Position numbers and translations under genes: made by a program. Below are positions 1 through 8,540 of a stretch of 39,757 bases of DNA, piece by piece. Numbering within the stretch: the first letter of the stretch is position 1; every line of letters begins with the position of its first letter. This DNA comes from an uncultured archaeon (GTDB lineage Archaea > Asgardarchaeota > Thorarchaeia > Thorarchaeales > Thorarchaeaceae), in contig CAZVZC010000015.1 of NCBI GenBank assembly GCA_964631415.1, positions 1 through 39,757 on the forward strand, written 5' to 3'. The notes beneath the pieces were generated by a model. The model saw nothing but the letters and a program-made list of their open reading frames with translations. It ran no database searches and was not told where the DNA came from.

Positions 1-42
1 AGCCTGAGTCCTACGCCTTTGACCTGGCTTGGCAACCTCCGC
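1..42 (-). tRNA. tRNA-Leu(CAG), 5' part; 3' part runs off the window
   Basis: Reverse complement reads GCGGAGG TT GCC AAGCCAGGTCAAA GGC G TAGGA CT CAG GC T. This gives a typical archaeal tRNA-Leu acceptor 5' strand, D arm (GCC/GGC, GG in loop), anticodon 5' stem and CAG anticodon. Confidence 0.88.
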
Positions 43-67
43 AGTGCGCCGTCTTACGTCGCGGGAA

Positions 68-76
68 CCTTTTAAT
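68..76 (-). promoter_or_regulatory. Putative TATA box of tRNA-Leu
   Basis: ATTAAAAGG on the minus strand, about 26-34 nt upstream of the tRNA 5' end. Confidence 0.5.
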
Positions 77-92
77 CGTATCGTAGGGCATG

Positions 93-587
93 TCAGTCTT
101 TCATTGATAGCAGGACATCGCTCAGCCCCACCATGTCAGGGCATGCCCCTCGAACAGGCTTGACCATCTCGATGTGACGAATGACCCCAGCCTTGTCCAC
201 TACGAAGAGCGCTCTCTTGCCATATCCTTCCTTGGGAACAAAGCAATCGTACTTCAGGGTGACATCGCCAAGAGGAACACGATCAGAAAGCACAGGGAAG
301 CTGAGTCCCCCAATCTCTCGAATCCACTTCGCATTCGTCTCAGCTGAGTCCATGTTCACGATAAGAATCTCGGTGTTCATGGCATGCAACTCATCGGTTC
401 GTTCTTGATAGAAGCGGATGTCATCTTTGCATGCCTTAGTGAGTGAACCGGGATGCAGAATCACCAGTACATTCTTCTTGCCCACAAAGTCTGACAGACT
501 GACTTGGTTACCATCCTGATCGGGAAGCGAGAAATCCGGAGCCTTCTCGCCCACGTTTAGACATACGTTCTGTTCGCGTAGAATCAT
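93..587 (-). CDS. Peroxiredoxin (AhpC/TSA family)
   Basis: VGEKAPDFSLPDQDG N-terminus, PxxxTxxC peroxidatic motif (PGSLTKAC), FPVLSD, RALFVVDKAGVIRH. Start trimmed to ATG 587 because the upstream extension overlaps the cbiO end and the promoter. Confidence 0.85.
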   Translation of the reverse strand: MILREQNVCLNVGEKAPDFSLPDQDGNQVSLSDFVGKKNVLVILHPGSLTKACKDDIRFYQERTDELHAMNTEILIVNMDSAETNAKWIREIGGLSFPVLSDRVPLGDVTLKYDCFVPKEGYGKRALFVVDKAGVIRHIEMVKPVRGACPDMVGLSDVLLSMKD

Positions 588-699
588 TATTACCACGACC
601 CAGTTCTTTTTGTGCAAGAACGAACACTCCTCATATAAGGTTAACGATAGTGAACACATCGCCTTAGGACAGCACGACCGAGAGAGAAGTCCGGATCCC

Positions 700-1434
700 T
701 CATTCAATGCGTCGCTTCATCTGCTCCCAGTCACCGATCTCCTGCCGCAAGTCTTCCCTGCTCAGGGCCTCATCAGGGCGTCCATCGAACACGACCCTCC
801 CACTTCTAAGCACCATCACAGACTCGGCCCAGTTCTCGACGAAGAACCTGTCATGCGTTGTGTAGAAGACACTGATTCGTTCCTTCCTGAGGGCCTGGAG
901 TATGTCAACCAGACCCACCGCAGTAGGGAAGTCTAGACCTGTGAAGGGCTCGTCAAGCAGTAGAACCTTCGGACGCATCACCAAGATTCCAGCCAAGGCA
1001 ACCCGCTTTGCCTGTCCATAGCTGAGCTGGTTCACAGGTTTCTCTTCGAGCAGGGATATGTCCACAGTGTTGAGCGCCCACCGCACCCTATCGTCAATCT
1101 CCTCCTCGGAGAGACCTTGATTCCTCGGACCGAACGAAACGTCCTCCCAGACTGTGGGGGCGAAGAGCTGGTCGTCGGGATTCTGGAACAAGAACCCAAG
1201 GTTCTGCCGTATCGCCCACAGGCTTTCTCTTTTGAGAACTTGACCGAAAACACGTATCTCTCCACTGCCCGGTTCGAGAAGGCCCAGTATCAGTTTCATG
1301 AGTGTGGTCTTTCCAGATCCGTTGAGACCCACCAATGCCTTGAGTTCGCCTGGGAACAACTGCATGCTAACATCGTCCAAAGAGAAGGAGGGGTAGCTGA
1401 AGTACACATGTTCCACGTCAATCGCCGGGTTCAA
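700..1434 (-). CDS. cbiO: ECF transporter ATPase (CbiO/NikO)
   Basis: Walker A GLNGSGKT, FQNPDDQLF, signature LSYGQAKR, Walker B LLLDEP, H-loop TTHD. Confidence 0.92.
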   Translation of the reverse strand: MNPAIDVEHVYFSYPSFSLDDVSMQLFPGELKALVGLNGSGKTTLMKLILGLLEPGSGEIRVFGQVLKRESLWAIRQNLGFLFQNPDDQLFAPTVWEDVSFGPRNQGLSEEEIDDRVRWALNTVDISLLEEKPVNQLSYGQAKRVALAGILVMRPKVLLLDEPFTGLDFPTAVGLVDILQALRKERISVFYTTHDRFFVENWAESVMVLRSGRVVFDGRPDEALSREDLRQEIGDWEQMKRRIE

Positions 1435-2216
1435 GGAGATAGCACCCTCTGAACAGCAGAAGTCGCGTAGAACAGGCTGACGACCAGTATCAACAGCAGG
1501 ACCGCTAGCAACAAATCGTTTCGCCTGAACCCGCTACCCTTCACAAGTGTACCCATCCCAAACCCACGCAGTGTCATAGAGCCGTATACAATCAGACCTC
1601 TGTCAAACGCGCGGTCCATTGTCGACCCAATTAGATATCCCATGGATTTGATACGTTCCCACCGTCTGCCCCTTTCAAGACCCCTGAGCACCTCTGCTTC
1701 ATGCATGCTCTTTCTCTCATCGATGAACTGCGGGACAAATCTCAGCATGATGAGCACAGACCCGACAATACTCACTGGAAGTCGTAGTGTCCTTAGAGCA
1801 CCCACAAATTCTGTGACATTCATGTGAGAGAGCGTTCCCATGAAGAGGATTAGTAGCAGCAACATCCTGAAACCGAGCAGTATCCCAAGGGTCATTCCTT
1901 CAAGATAGACAGGCAGGGGTCCGAACGGGGACTGAACCACGGCTAGAGTCGTTGTGCCATACAGGAACGGCTCAGTGAAGACCCAGAACAGGACAAAGGC
2001 CTCGAACCTGGCAGCAAGTGACCACACAGTCCTCCACCGAGTTCGTACGAGTGTTCCGCCGCCGATGACAATGGCCATGAGGACCACCAAGACTCGGAGA
2101 TCAGTCTGAACAGAAATCAAGACTCCAAGAACTACTGAGCTGAGTAGCATTGCCGTCGGAGAGAACGTACTCTCGCGAGCGTGGCCCTCAACAAATGGCA
2201 ACAGGAACCGGCCCAC
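1431..2216 (-). CDS. cbiQ: ECF transporter T component (CbiQ/NikQ)
   Basis: Multi-TM protein with ALRTLRLP, LRFVP and two xRG motifs (VLRG, TLRG). Overlaps cbiO by 4 nt. Confidence 0.88.
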   Translation of the reverse strand: MGRFLLPFVEGHARESTFSPTAMLLSSVVLGVLISVQTDLRVLVVLMAIVIGGGTLVRTRWRTVWSLAARFEAFVLFWVFTEPFLYGTTTLAVVQSPFGPLPVYLEGMTLGILLGFRMLLLLILFMGTLSHMNVTEFVGALRTLRLPVSIVGSVLIMLRFVPQFIDERKSMHEAEVLRGLERGRRWERIKSMGYLIGSTMDRAFDRGLIVYGSMTLRGFGMGTLVKGSGFRRNDLLLAVLLLILVVSLFYATSAVQRVLSP

Positions 2217-2285
2217 TACTCTGCCCTCCCTTGATGGTCGTCGAAGCGCACGAATGATAGGGAGGCATGTGACATCTGTCCAACC

Positions 2286-2585
2286 TCAAGACGATTCAGA
2301 AGATGTACCGTTCCTGCGGGACATTGCTGAGAAGAGAACATAGCAGAGAGTCATGACTAGCGCGACCCCAATTACTCCTGCAGAGAACTCGGCCACTGGC
2401 CCCTCGCCTAGGAACGACCAGAGGCCCTGAAACCAAGTACTCGGCTCAGGAATCCCAGCGAAGACGAAAACAGCCCACTCGAAGCCATCAGGGAGGTGTG
2501 ATGTCAATCCGCCTAGTATCAGCACCGAGAGAACGATGATGACCAGCAGGATGGGAAGAACGAGTCTGACATGATGGCACTCCAA
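2286..2585 (-). CDS. PDGLE-domain small membrane subunit (NikN/CbiN-like) of the ECF metal transporter
   Basis: Two TM helices flanking SHLPDGFEW (PDGLE motif variant). TTG start at 2585 is preceded by a GAGGAGGTG RBS. Confidence 0.75.
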   Translation of the reverse strand: MECHHVRLVLPILLVIIVLSVLILGGLTSHLPDGFEWAVFVFAGIPEPSTWFQGLWSFLGEGPVAEFSAGVIGVALVMTLCYVLFSAMSRRNGTSSESS

Positions 2586-2598
2586 ACGGCACACCTCC

Positions 2599-3297
2599 TC
2601 ATGACATCGAGAGAGATGGTGTAACCCCCTCTCTGACAACGGAATGTAGAGCTTCACTCTCTCTAAGGAGCAGGATCATATCGGGATGAGCCTTAACGAA
2701 GTAGAGCAGTATCACATAAGTTAGGACTGCCTCGCCAATGCCAATGGCGGCATGGATCGCGACCAAGGCAATCAGTGGACCCATACCGAAGCCGGGGACT
2801 GTAAGCAGCTCGAAACCTAGCGCGAGTGCTGAGAGCAACACCGAGATGTACGAGGCGACAGCAGCAGCTATGAGGATTGCCCTCTTGCTGGTAGCGGATG
2901 ATTTGAACAACCTGAACAATGCTCTGGCAACCAACCAGCCCACTGGACATGCGAGAACGCCCATGTTGAAGAGGTTCAGCCCATAGGTCAGCAGGCCGCC
3001 ATCACCAGCCATTGCCTGCACGAACAGCACAAGCGCAATGACCACGATTGCAGCCCAGGGCCCCACCATCACTGCAAGCAAGGCCGAGCCCAGCAAGTGA
3101 CCACTTGACGCAGGAGGAACCGGGAAGTTCACGAGTTGGGCTGCGAACGTGACTGCTGCGAGAACGCCCATGTATGGCACGAGCCGCTCATCGAACCTTC
3201 TGTTGATTCTTTTGACTGATAACAGGAGGACTGACACGCTCAGAGCAAACATCAGTAGCTGAAGCCACACAGGCACTATGCCGTCAGGGACGTGCAA
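2599..3297 (-). CDS. cbiM: ECF Ni/Co substrate-binding S component (CbiM/NikM)
   Basis: N-terminal metal-binding MHVPDG, AQLVNFP, SGHLLG, GDGGL, HAAIGIGEA. Confidence 0.93.
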   Translation of the reverse strand: MHVPDGIVPVWLQLLMFALSVSVLLLSVKRINRRFDERLVPYMGVLAAVTFAAQLVNFPVPPASSGHLLGSALLAVMVGPWAAIVVIALVLFVQAMAGDGGLLTYGLNLFNMGVLACPVGWLVARALFRLFKSSATSKRAILIAAAVASYISVLLSALALGFELLTVPGFGMGPLIALVAIHAAIGIGEAVLTYVILLYFVKAHPDMILLLRESEALHSVVREGVTPSLSMS

Positions 3298-3350
3298 TCA
3301 TTCTGCGCTCCATTGAAATCTGGTCGGCCGGCTCACCAATGCGCTTATGT

Positions 3351-3400
3351 GTGTTACTTCTACTGGAATCGTGTTACTACCTGTCATCACTCGTGTCACT
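3351..3400. promoter_or_regulatory. Three GTGTYACT direct repeats in the cbiM/nikR divergent intergenic region; candidate NikR operator
   Basis: GTGTTACT at 3351 and 3371, GTGTCACT at 3393. Confidence 0.45.
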
Positions 3401-3419
3401 GGGAGCTACCTGAGAAGAT

Positions 3420-3842
3420 ATGACAATCAAGAGATTCGGCGTTTCGATACCTGGTGATCTGCTTGAACGTTTTGACACCATCGTGGAGCAGAAGGACTAT
3501 GTTGGCAGGTCAGAGGCAATACGGGATGCGATGCGGACCTACATTTCACAGTGTCAGTGGGAGTCCGAACAGACAGGCAACCACGCCGCGCTAAACGTTG
3601 TGTATCAACACAAACCTCGACTGATGGCTGAACTGATCAAGGCTCAGCATCAGGCCAAGGCACACGTCATCTCCACGGTCCATGTGCATCTCACCCATTC
3701 TCACTGCCTTGAAGTCCTGATAATTGAAGGCGACAAGAGGGACATCGAAAACATTGCCAACAAGATAGGGGGCCTCTCTGGTGTCGAGTATGTGAGGCTG
3801 TTCACTTTCTCACTGATGGAAGAGGAAGAGCTGCACCATTGA
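3420..3842 (+). CDS. nikR: Nickel-responsive transcriptional regulator NikR
   Basis: Ribbon-helix-helix RFGVSIP...RSEAIRDAMR; Ni ligands QH...HVHL...HCLEV. Divergent from the ECF operon. Confidence 0.93.
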   Translation: MTIKRFGVSIPGDLLERFDTIVEQKDYVGRSEAIRDAMRTYISQCQWESEQTGNHAALNVVYQHKPRLMAELIKAQHQAKAHVISTVHVHLTHSHCLEVLIIEGDKRDIENIANKIGGLSGVEYVRLFTFSLMEEEELHH

Positions 3843-3884
3843 CGACACGCCTCTGTGTTTCTAAAATCAGCGGGCCATAGGCAG

Positions 3885-4619
3885 TTACTGAGCAGGCCTT
3901 CTCTTCAAGTACAGAAGCGAGAGGATTGCCAGCACGGCAACAGACACTCCGACCACGACTGGCACAGTGTAATCAGCACAAGCCTTGCATGGCAGCTTCT
4001 CGGAATACGTGTCGAGTATCCCGCCCGAGGAGTCCAACAGTAGAGTCCATTCTTCGCTTTCCGCGACGAGGTGAAACCTCGCTCGCCATACAATGTTGAT
4101 GCTTTGACCTACTAGGGACCCAGGAAGTACAACAAGCTCTTCGCATAGACCCCAGTAGTGGCCATCTTCTGCAAAGAAGTCCGTAGCCGCTACGACGACC
4201 GTGCTGAAGTTGCCGGTGATTGAGTCGTTGAGATAGACTGCCCACTGGAGAGTAATGTTGTCAGGGGTCAGTCCAGCCAAGAACTGGAAGAAACCGGTGT
4301 GGTTCATCTGAACCAGGGCAAAGGTGCTCACAGACTCATTGAGATCTAGGCCTTGACCTGCCGGACCCAGCGCCTCCCAAAAGACCGTGTCGTTGTCCGT
4401 TACGACGCCTGTCAAGGTTGGGTCAGACGCAAACAATGGAACAGAAACAACGAGCTGGGACAGGTCCTCTGGAGAAAGACGCAGCTCCCTGTAGCCGACT
4501 GTGAACACAGGATAGTCTGTACTCTGGGCCGGAATAGGGATTGGACCCAACAAGAGAGCCAGAAGTGCTGCACATACAAGAGTGAGTGAGTGCATCTCGG
4601 GATGCTCGAACACTCTCAA
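3885..4619 (-). CDS. Hypothetical exported protein with C-terminal membrane anchor
   Basis: Hydrophobic N-terminal signal, several NxS/T sequons, PepSY-like strand (VWRARF...LLDSSGGIL), CxxC, TM helix plus KRR tail. Start uncertain. Confidence 0.65.
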   Translation of the reverse strand: MRVFEHPEMHSLTLVCAALLALLLGPIPIPAQSTDYPVFTVGYRELRLSPEDLSQLVVSVPLFASDPTLTGVVTDNDTVFWEALGPAGQGLDLNESVSTFALVQMNHTGFFQFLAGLTPDNITLQWAVYLNDSITGNFSTVVVAATDFFAEDGHYWGLCEELVVLPGSLVGQSINIVWRARFHLVAESEEWTLLLDSSGGILDTYSEKLPCKACADYTVPVVVGVSVAVLAILSLLYLKRRPAQ

Positions 4620-4862
4620 CCCGTAAGAACCTTCTGTCCTCTGTGCTCATACTTTCCGGTGGGAACTGCGGAAACGGCCTGCAAATGAGAAGATTGCTGG
4701 CGACAGCAAGAATCGTCTTGCGACTCGACAGCCAGTCAGCAACATGTGCGAAGCTAAAACGGCCGCGATTGTGTCAGACTGTGCGCTCGACTGATGGCAG
4801 GACTTGAGACCAAGTTCATATCCGAGTGACTCCAATATGATTTCCCGAGGGAGACCATAGAC

Positions 4863-5309
4863 TTGAGCAAGGGGGAGGAAGCAGACTACGGCGAGATTCT
4901 GAAGGGGAAGACTCTTGCTGTCTACTTCTTTCTGCTTGAGCATAAACGACCTCTTAGGATCGCGGAAATCCAGCGTGGGACTTCACTGTCAAGCCTCAGC
5001 CTCGTTTCATATCACCTCAACAAGCTCCTGAAGGGGGGGCTCATTGAAGAAGATCCTCTGGGCGGCTTCTCCGTTTCCAAGGTCATCCGAGTGGGGGTTG
5101 TACGCTTCTTTGTGGGGTCTGGGAGGTTGCTTCTTCCTCGTCAGATGTTCTACGCATTGTTTGTAACAGGTTTCTTGGTTACGAGCATCTTCTTCCTAGA
5201 CTGGGTTTTCTCGAGCACGTTCCTCCTTCTGATATTCATACTCGCAATTACAGCCTGCATCTTCTGGTTCGAAACAATACAGGTATGGAAAAGCAGGCCT
5301 CTTGCATAG
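4863..5309 (+). CDS. Winged-helix (ArsR-like) regulator with two C-terminal TM helices
   Basis: LKGKTLAVYFFLL...IAEIQR..SLSSLSLVSYHLNKL..GLI wHTH, followed by LLLPRQMFY and two hydrophobic segments. Confidence 0.78.
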   Translation: MSKGEEADYGEILKGKTLAVYFFLLEHKRPLRIAEIQRGTSLSSLSLVSYHLNKLLKGGLIEEDPLGGFSVSKVIRVGVVRFFVGSGRLLLPRQMFYALFVTGFLVTSIFFLDWVFSSTFLLLIFILAITACIFWFETIQVWKSRPLA

Positions 5310-5459
5310 CCCGCGAAGGAGAGTGGATGCCGCAAACTACAGAAGGGGATGTTCTAACATTTTGTTCTGCTTTTCCAAGGTACTTCCAACGTTAGTGTTT
5401 TATTATTAGCCACATACAGTAACTCACTTCATCAGAGTCAATCTATCGAGGGTAGCAAG

Positions 5460-6677
5460 ATGCTCACACAAGGGCGGATTGTTTCTACGGCGGTGGTTAC
5501 GATGTTCTGTATCGGCTGTGGGGTGACGGTTCCCCTGTCTTTGATCGGTCTTGGAAGCATGAACGTTTCCGTGATTCCGTTTCCTGGCGACCCAATATCT
5601 GACACCGTCTTCTTCTATCTTGCAGATGAGATCCTTGATCCGGTGGTCTATACGGGCAACTGGAGCCGCCTCCTTGGACGAAGCGCAACGTACACACTCA
5701 GTCTGCCTGAGCCGAGAATCACCGTGGAATTTGGCCGCGAGCTGGCGACGGAGTTCGTTGACACCAGACTGAAAGCATTCCTGGAGGAGAGCCCTGACAA
5801 TCCGGAGATCCCGCTCTTTCCCGTGTGGCATTACGGTTTCCAGAATGGAACAACGATTGAACAAGATGACTACTCAATCACTTACTACGATCTCTACGTT
5901 TCTGTTTCCATCAACCCCATCCAAGGAAAGGTTTCACAGTACTACGAATCGTGGTCGAAGAGCTTCTACGACCAGCATCCAGAGTTCAGCAGTCCGCTTT
6001 ACCCGAACTCAAGCTCCATAGAACCGTTCGAGGCAGAAGCGATTGCTGCAGAATACCTCAACGACCACAACTACACGCTTCCGGTGTCGGCCAGACTACT
6101 GGACACGAGGCTGGAGTACTGGCCATACAACACGGAGCTCAATGATACCGATGATTCGACATTCCCAGTATACGTGGTCGAACTGGGCATTCCAAAGGGG
6201 CGCATCTATCCACCGAAGTGGCTTCAGGGACCCCGTCTGGTTGTGAATGCAGTCACTGGCAGAGTGCAGCACTTCATGTATCAGGTTCTGGATATCCCCG
6301 AACCGAGCACGCAACAGATAGTCGATGTTTCTATTGCCAGAGAAACAGCTATAGAGTACTTCGACACCGGTCCGAGCAACTGGTCTTACTCAGAGAGGAG
6401 GGTGTTCTTGCGCCTGCAGGGAGATGCTCCGTCAATCTGGGAGTTCTGTCTGGCATGGTCCTTTGAGGTGATGATACCCGTTTCTTGGGGCTCAGCACCG
6501 GAGGAGATCTTGGTAAATGCTTACACAGGACTACCATTCTCCCCGCCGCCGATGTTTGCAGGAGGCTACGCACTTCAGTGGGACATGTGGAGCCCGGTAG
6601 CTGTCATTCTGATCACCTCATCTCTCACAGGGTACTGCGGTTATAGGTGGGCCCTCAGGAGAACGCGGCCGATGTGA
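5460..6677 (+). CDS. Hypothetical surface protein with PepSY-like repeats and C-terminal TM anchor
   Basis: N-terminal hydrophobic segment; repeated INPIQGKV / VNAVTGRV / VNAYTG and EAEAIAAEYL / IARETAIEYF motifs; C-terminal TM plus RRTR. Confidence 0.65.
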   Translation: MLTQGRIVSTAVVTMFCIGCGVTVPLSLIGLGSMNVSVIPFPGDPISDTVFFYLADEILDPVVYTGNWSRLLGRSATYTLSLPEPRITVEFGRELATEFVDTRLKAFLEESPDNPEIPLFPVWHYGFQNGTTIEQDDYSITYYDLYVSVSINPIQGKVSQYYESWSKSFYDQHPEFSSPLYPNSSSIEPFEAEAIAAEYLNDHNYTLPVSARLLDTRLEYWPYNTELNDTDDSTFPVYVVELGIPKGRIYPPKWLQGPRLVVNAVTGRVQHFMYQVLDIPEPSTQQIVDVSIARETAIEYFDTGPSNWSYSERRVFLRLQGDAPSIWEFCLAWSFEVMIPVSWGSAPEEILVNAYTGLPFSPPPMFAGGYALQWDMWSPVAVILITSSLTGYCGYRWALRRTRPM

Positions 6678-6832
6678 ACGGCCCGGGATCGATTTGTTTA
6701 GATTTCACCCCTGTGATTCTGTTTCTCTTGTCCTCGAAACCACTTCGAGAAGAACTAGGAATCGACGAGTGTCTAGAGAGATGAGAGTCCTGATTGGCAA
6801 ATACATGCGGAAAGATCCACGGAAAGAGAGAA

Positions 6833-6967
6833 TGGGGCCCGGGGCGGGATTTTCGGGCCAGACGGAATTCGAAAGGCCAATCGGACCCGCGCGAAAGGAT
6901 CCACAGTCCTCTAGGCTACCAGAGGGCTCGCAGACCGAGAGGTCGAACGAATTACCTCACCCAGGCC
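6833..6967 (-). tRNA. tRNA-His(GUG) with encoded G-1 and CCA, interrupted by two ~30-nt introns (D-loop and T-loop)
   Basis: Minus strand: G GCCTGGG TG AGGT AA [intron 6951-6922] TGGTA GCCT A GAGGA CT GTG GA TCCTT TCGC GCGGG TCCGAT [intron 6879-6850] T CCCGC CCCGGGC C CCA. Acceptor stem pairs; G-1/C73 are His identity elements; anticodon at 6904-6902. Confidence 0.88.
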
Positions 6968-7268
6968 ATTGTTCAACCCCGCTGCCAACATTGGAGGGGG
7001 TTTCACGAAACCCGCTCTTCTTTGATTAGGTTATATGTGTCACGGTTTTGTCGCTCTCGTGGATGACGCTTCAAGCATGCAGGAGGAAGCACACCAAACC
7101 ACTTGAGCGAGACTCTCTCGTCGCGAAAATGATTGGGAAGATGCTCAAGAGAGAACCCCCTGGAGGAGTGGAAGGCCGACTGATTACTAGCCGGCCTAAT
7201 GATCGCACGAGTTGTCTCAGACGACAAAGGTGACAGCAAATGCAGCGGCGTAAGACCTTAGCAAAGAA

Positions 7269-7295
7269 GATATATGGCTTGGTCATAATGACCAA
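7269..7295 (+). promoter_or_regulatory. TATA-like box plus perfect palindromic operator upstream of the MNT-HEPN operon
   Basis: GATATAT at 7269-7275; TTGGTCAT-A-ATGACCAA at 7279-7295; ATG at 7308. Confidence 0.65.
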
Positions 7296-7307
7296 CTGGG
7301 TAACGTC

Positions 7308-8048
7308 ATGAATTGGCTGCCGAGATGGCTAGGTGAAGCATATAGCAGACTCTGGGCATCCCAAGGCCAAGATGCATTCGACGTAGACACCGCAGCAAAG
7401 GTCATTCACAAGAGCAGCACGAGCACAAGGACTATTCTCAGCCGACTAGAGAAGTCCGGCTTCGTCATCAGAGTGAGCCACGGCACGTACATGCTCCTCG
7501 ACCCACAGTACGTAATGGCAGAAGCGGCAGGCGTCGCTGGACTTGGGAGCCTCAGGGGGACAGCATATGAAGACATACTCCGGGGTTTCATGTCCTGCCT
7601 GTTCCGGCATTTCGGAGAACGCTTGGCGTCAGTCATTGTCTTTGGTTCTGTCGCCCGGGGCACAGCCTCACTCAACAGCGACATTGACGTCCTCGTGGTT
7701 GTGAGAAACTGGGACAAGTCGGTGCTCGAGAGAGCAGAGGAAGTTGCAGGAGTCGAGGCGCACCTCTCGCCACTCAGAAACAAGATGTGGTTGAGCCATG
7801 GCATGCTCGCGCCCATCCAGTTCCTCACACTTGACTCTGCGGATGCAAGCCAGATGCGTCCTCTGTACCTAGACATGGTCATGGACAGCATCATTCTTTT
7901 CGACAGAGACCAGTTCATGCGAGGTGTTCTAGAGCGCCTGAAGAAAAGGCTGGAAGAACTAGGCGCAAGACGTGTTCAGCTCCCTGATCAGAGCTGGTAC
8001 TGGGTGCTCAAGCCAGGACTGAAGATGGGAGAGGTGGTCGAGATATGA
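7308..8048 (+). CDS. Minimal nucleotidyltransferase (MNT) antitoxin with N-terminal winged helix
   Basis: N-terminal wHTH (FDVDTAAKVI...TILSRLEKSGFVIRVSHGTY); FGSVARG...SDIDVLVV Pol-beta motif; C-terminal WYWVLKP...GEVVEI typical of archaeal MNTs. Confidence 0.85.
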   Translation: MNWLPRWLGEAYSRLWASQGQDAFDVDTAAKVIHKSSTSTRTILSRLEKSGFVIRVSHGTYMLLDPQYVMAEAAGVAGLGSLRGTAYEDILRGFMSCLFRHFGERLASVIVFGSVARGTASLNSDIDVLVVVRNWDKSVLERAEEVAGVEAHLSPLRNKMWLSHGMLAPIQFLTLDSADASQMRPLYLDMVMDSIILFDRDQFMRGVLERLKKRLEELGARRVQLPDQSWYWVLKPGLKMGEVVEI

Positions 8049-8479
8049 ACAACGTGCAAATGGCAGACAGCTATCTGAAGAGAGCGAAGGCACGTTTCAT
8101 TGGCGCACGCGAGGCTTTGAAACGGGGGGACATGCCTGAAACCGTAAGGTATTCACAAGAGTGTGTTGAACTCTCGATCAAATCCGCCCTCAGGCTCTAC
8201 GGTATCGAGTATCCTCGGGTTCATGAGGTCAGCGCCGTACTTATCGAGAAGTCTGCGGGCTTTCCAGACTGGTTCAGAAGCAGGATCGACGAGATGTCGA
8301 GCGTTTCCCGTCAGCTCTCTGCGGTGCGTGGACAAGCAGTGTATGGTGACGAGAGCGCAGGAGTGCCTGCTGATGATCTGTTCACACTCAAGGATGCGAA
8401 GCGTGCGCAGAGCGAGGCGAATGATGTGCTCCGTCTGACTCTGCGGCTCTACAAGGAGTTCACTGCGAAGTCTGGGTAG
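8045..8479 (+). CDS. HEPN-domain protein (putative toxin of an MNT-HEPN pair)
   Basis: A.SYLKRA...SQECVELSIKSAL...YPRVHEV...RGQAVYGDE; 4-nt overlap with the MNT gene. Confidence 0.85.
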   Translation: MNNVQMADSYLKRAKARFIGAREALKRGDMPETVRYSQECVELSIKSALRLYGIEYPRVHEVSAVLIEKSAGFPDWFRSRIDEMSSVSRQLSAVRGQAVYGDESAGVPADDLFTLKDAKRAQSEANDVLRLTLRLYKEFTAKSG

Positions 8480-8540
8480 TTCTGCAACTTGTGCAGAAAA
8501 CAAACCCGAGGGGGACAGACCTGCTGTCCCCGGTTGCTGC

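Noticed and set aside
93-587. Possible selenoprotein peroxiredoxin
   Set aside because: The peroxidatic position is an ordinary Cys codon and no in-frame TGA aligns to a catalytic site.
6694-7295. Several short ORFs in the ORF track
   Set aside because: They overlap the tRNA-His gene and promoter region and show no protein-like features.
3885-8479. Possible integrated element at tRNA-His
   Set aside because: No integrase or transposase, and no duplicate of the tRNA 3' end (att site) seen in the window.
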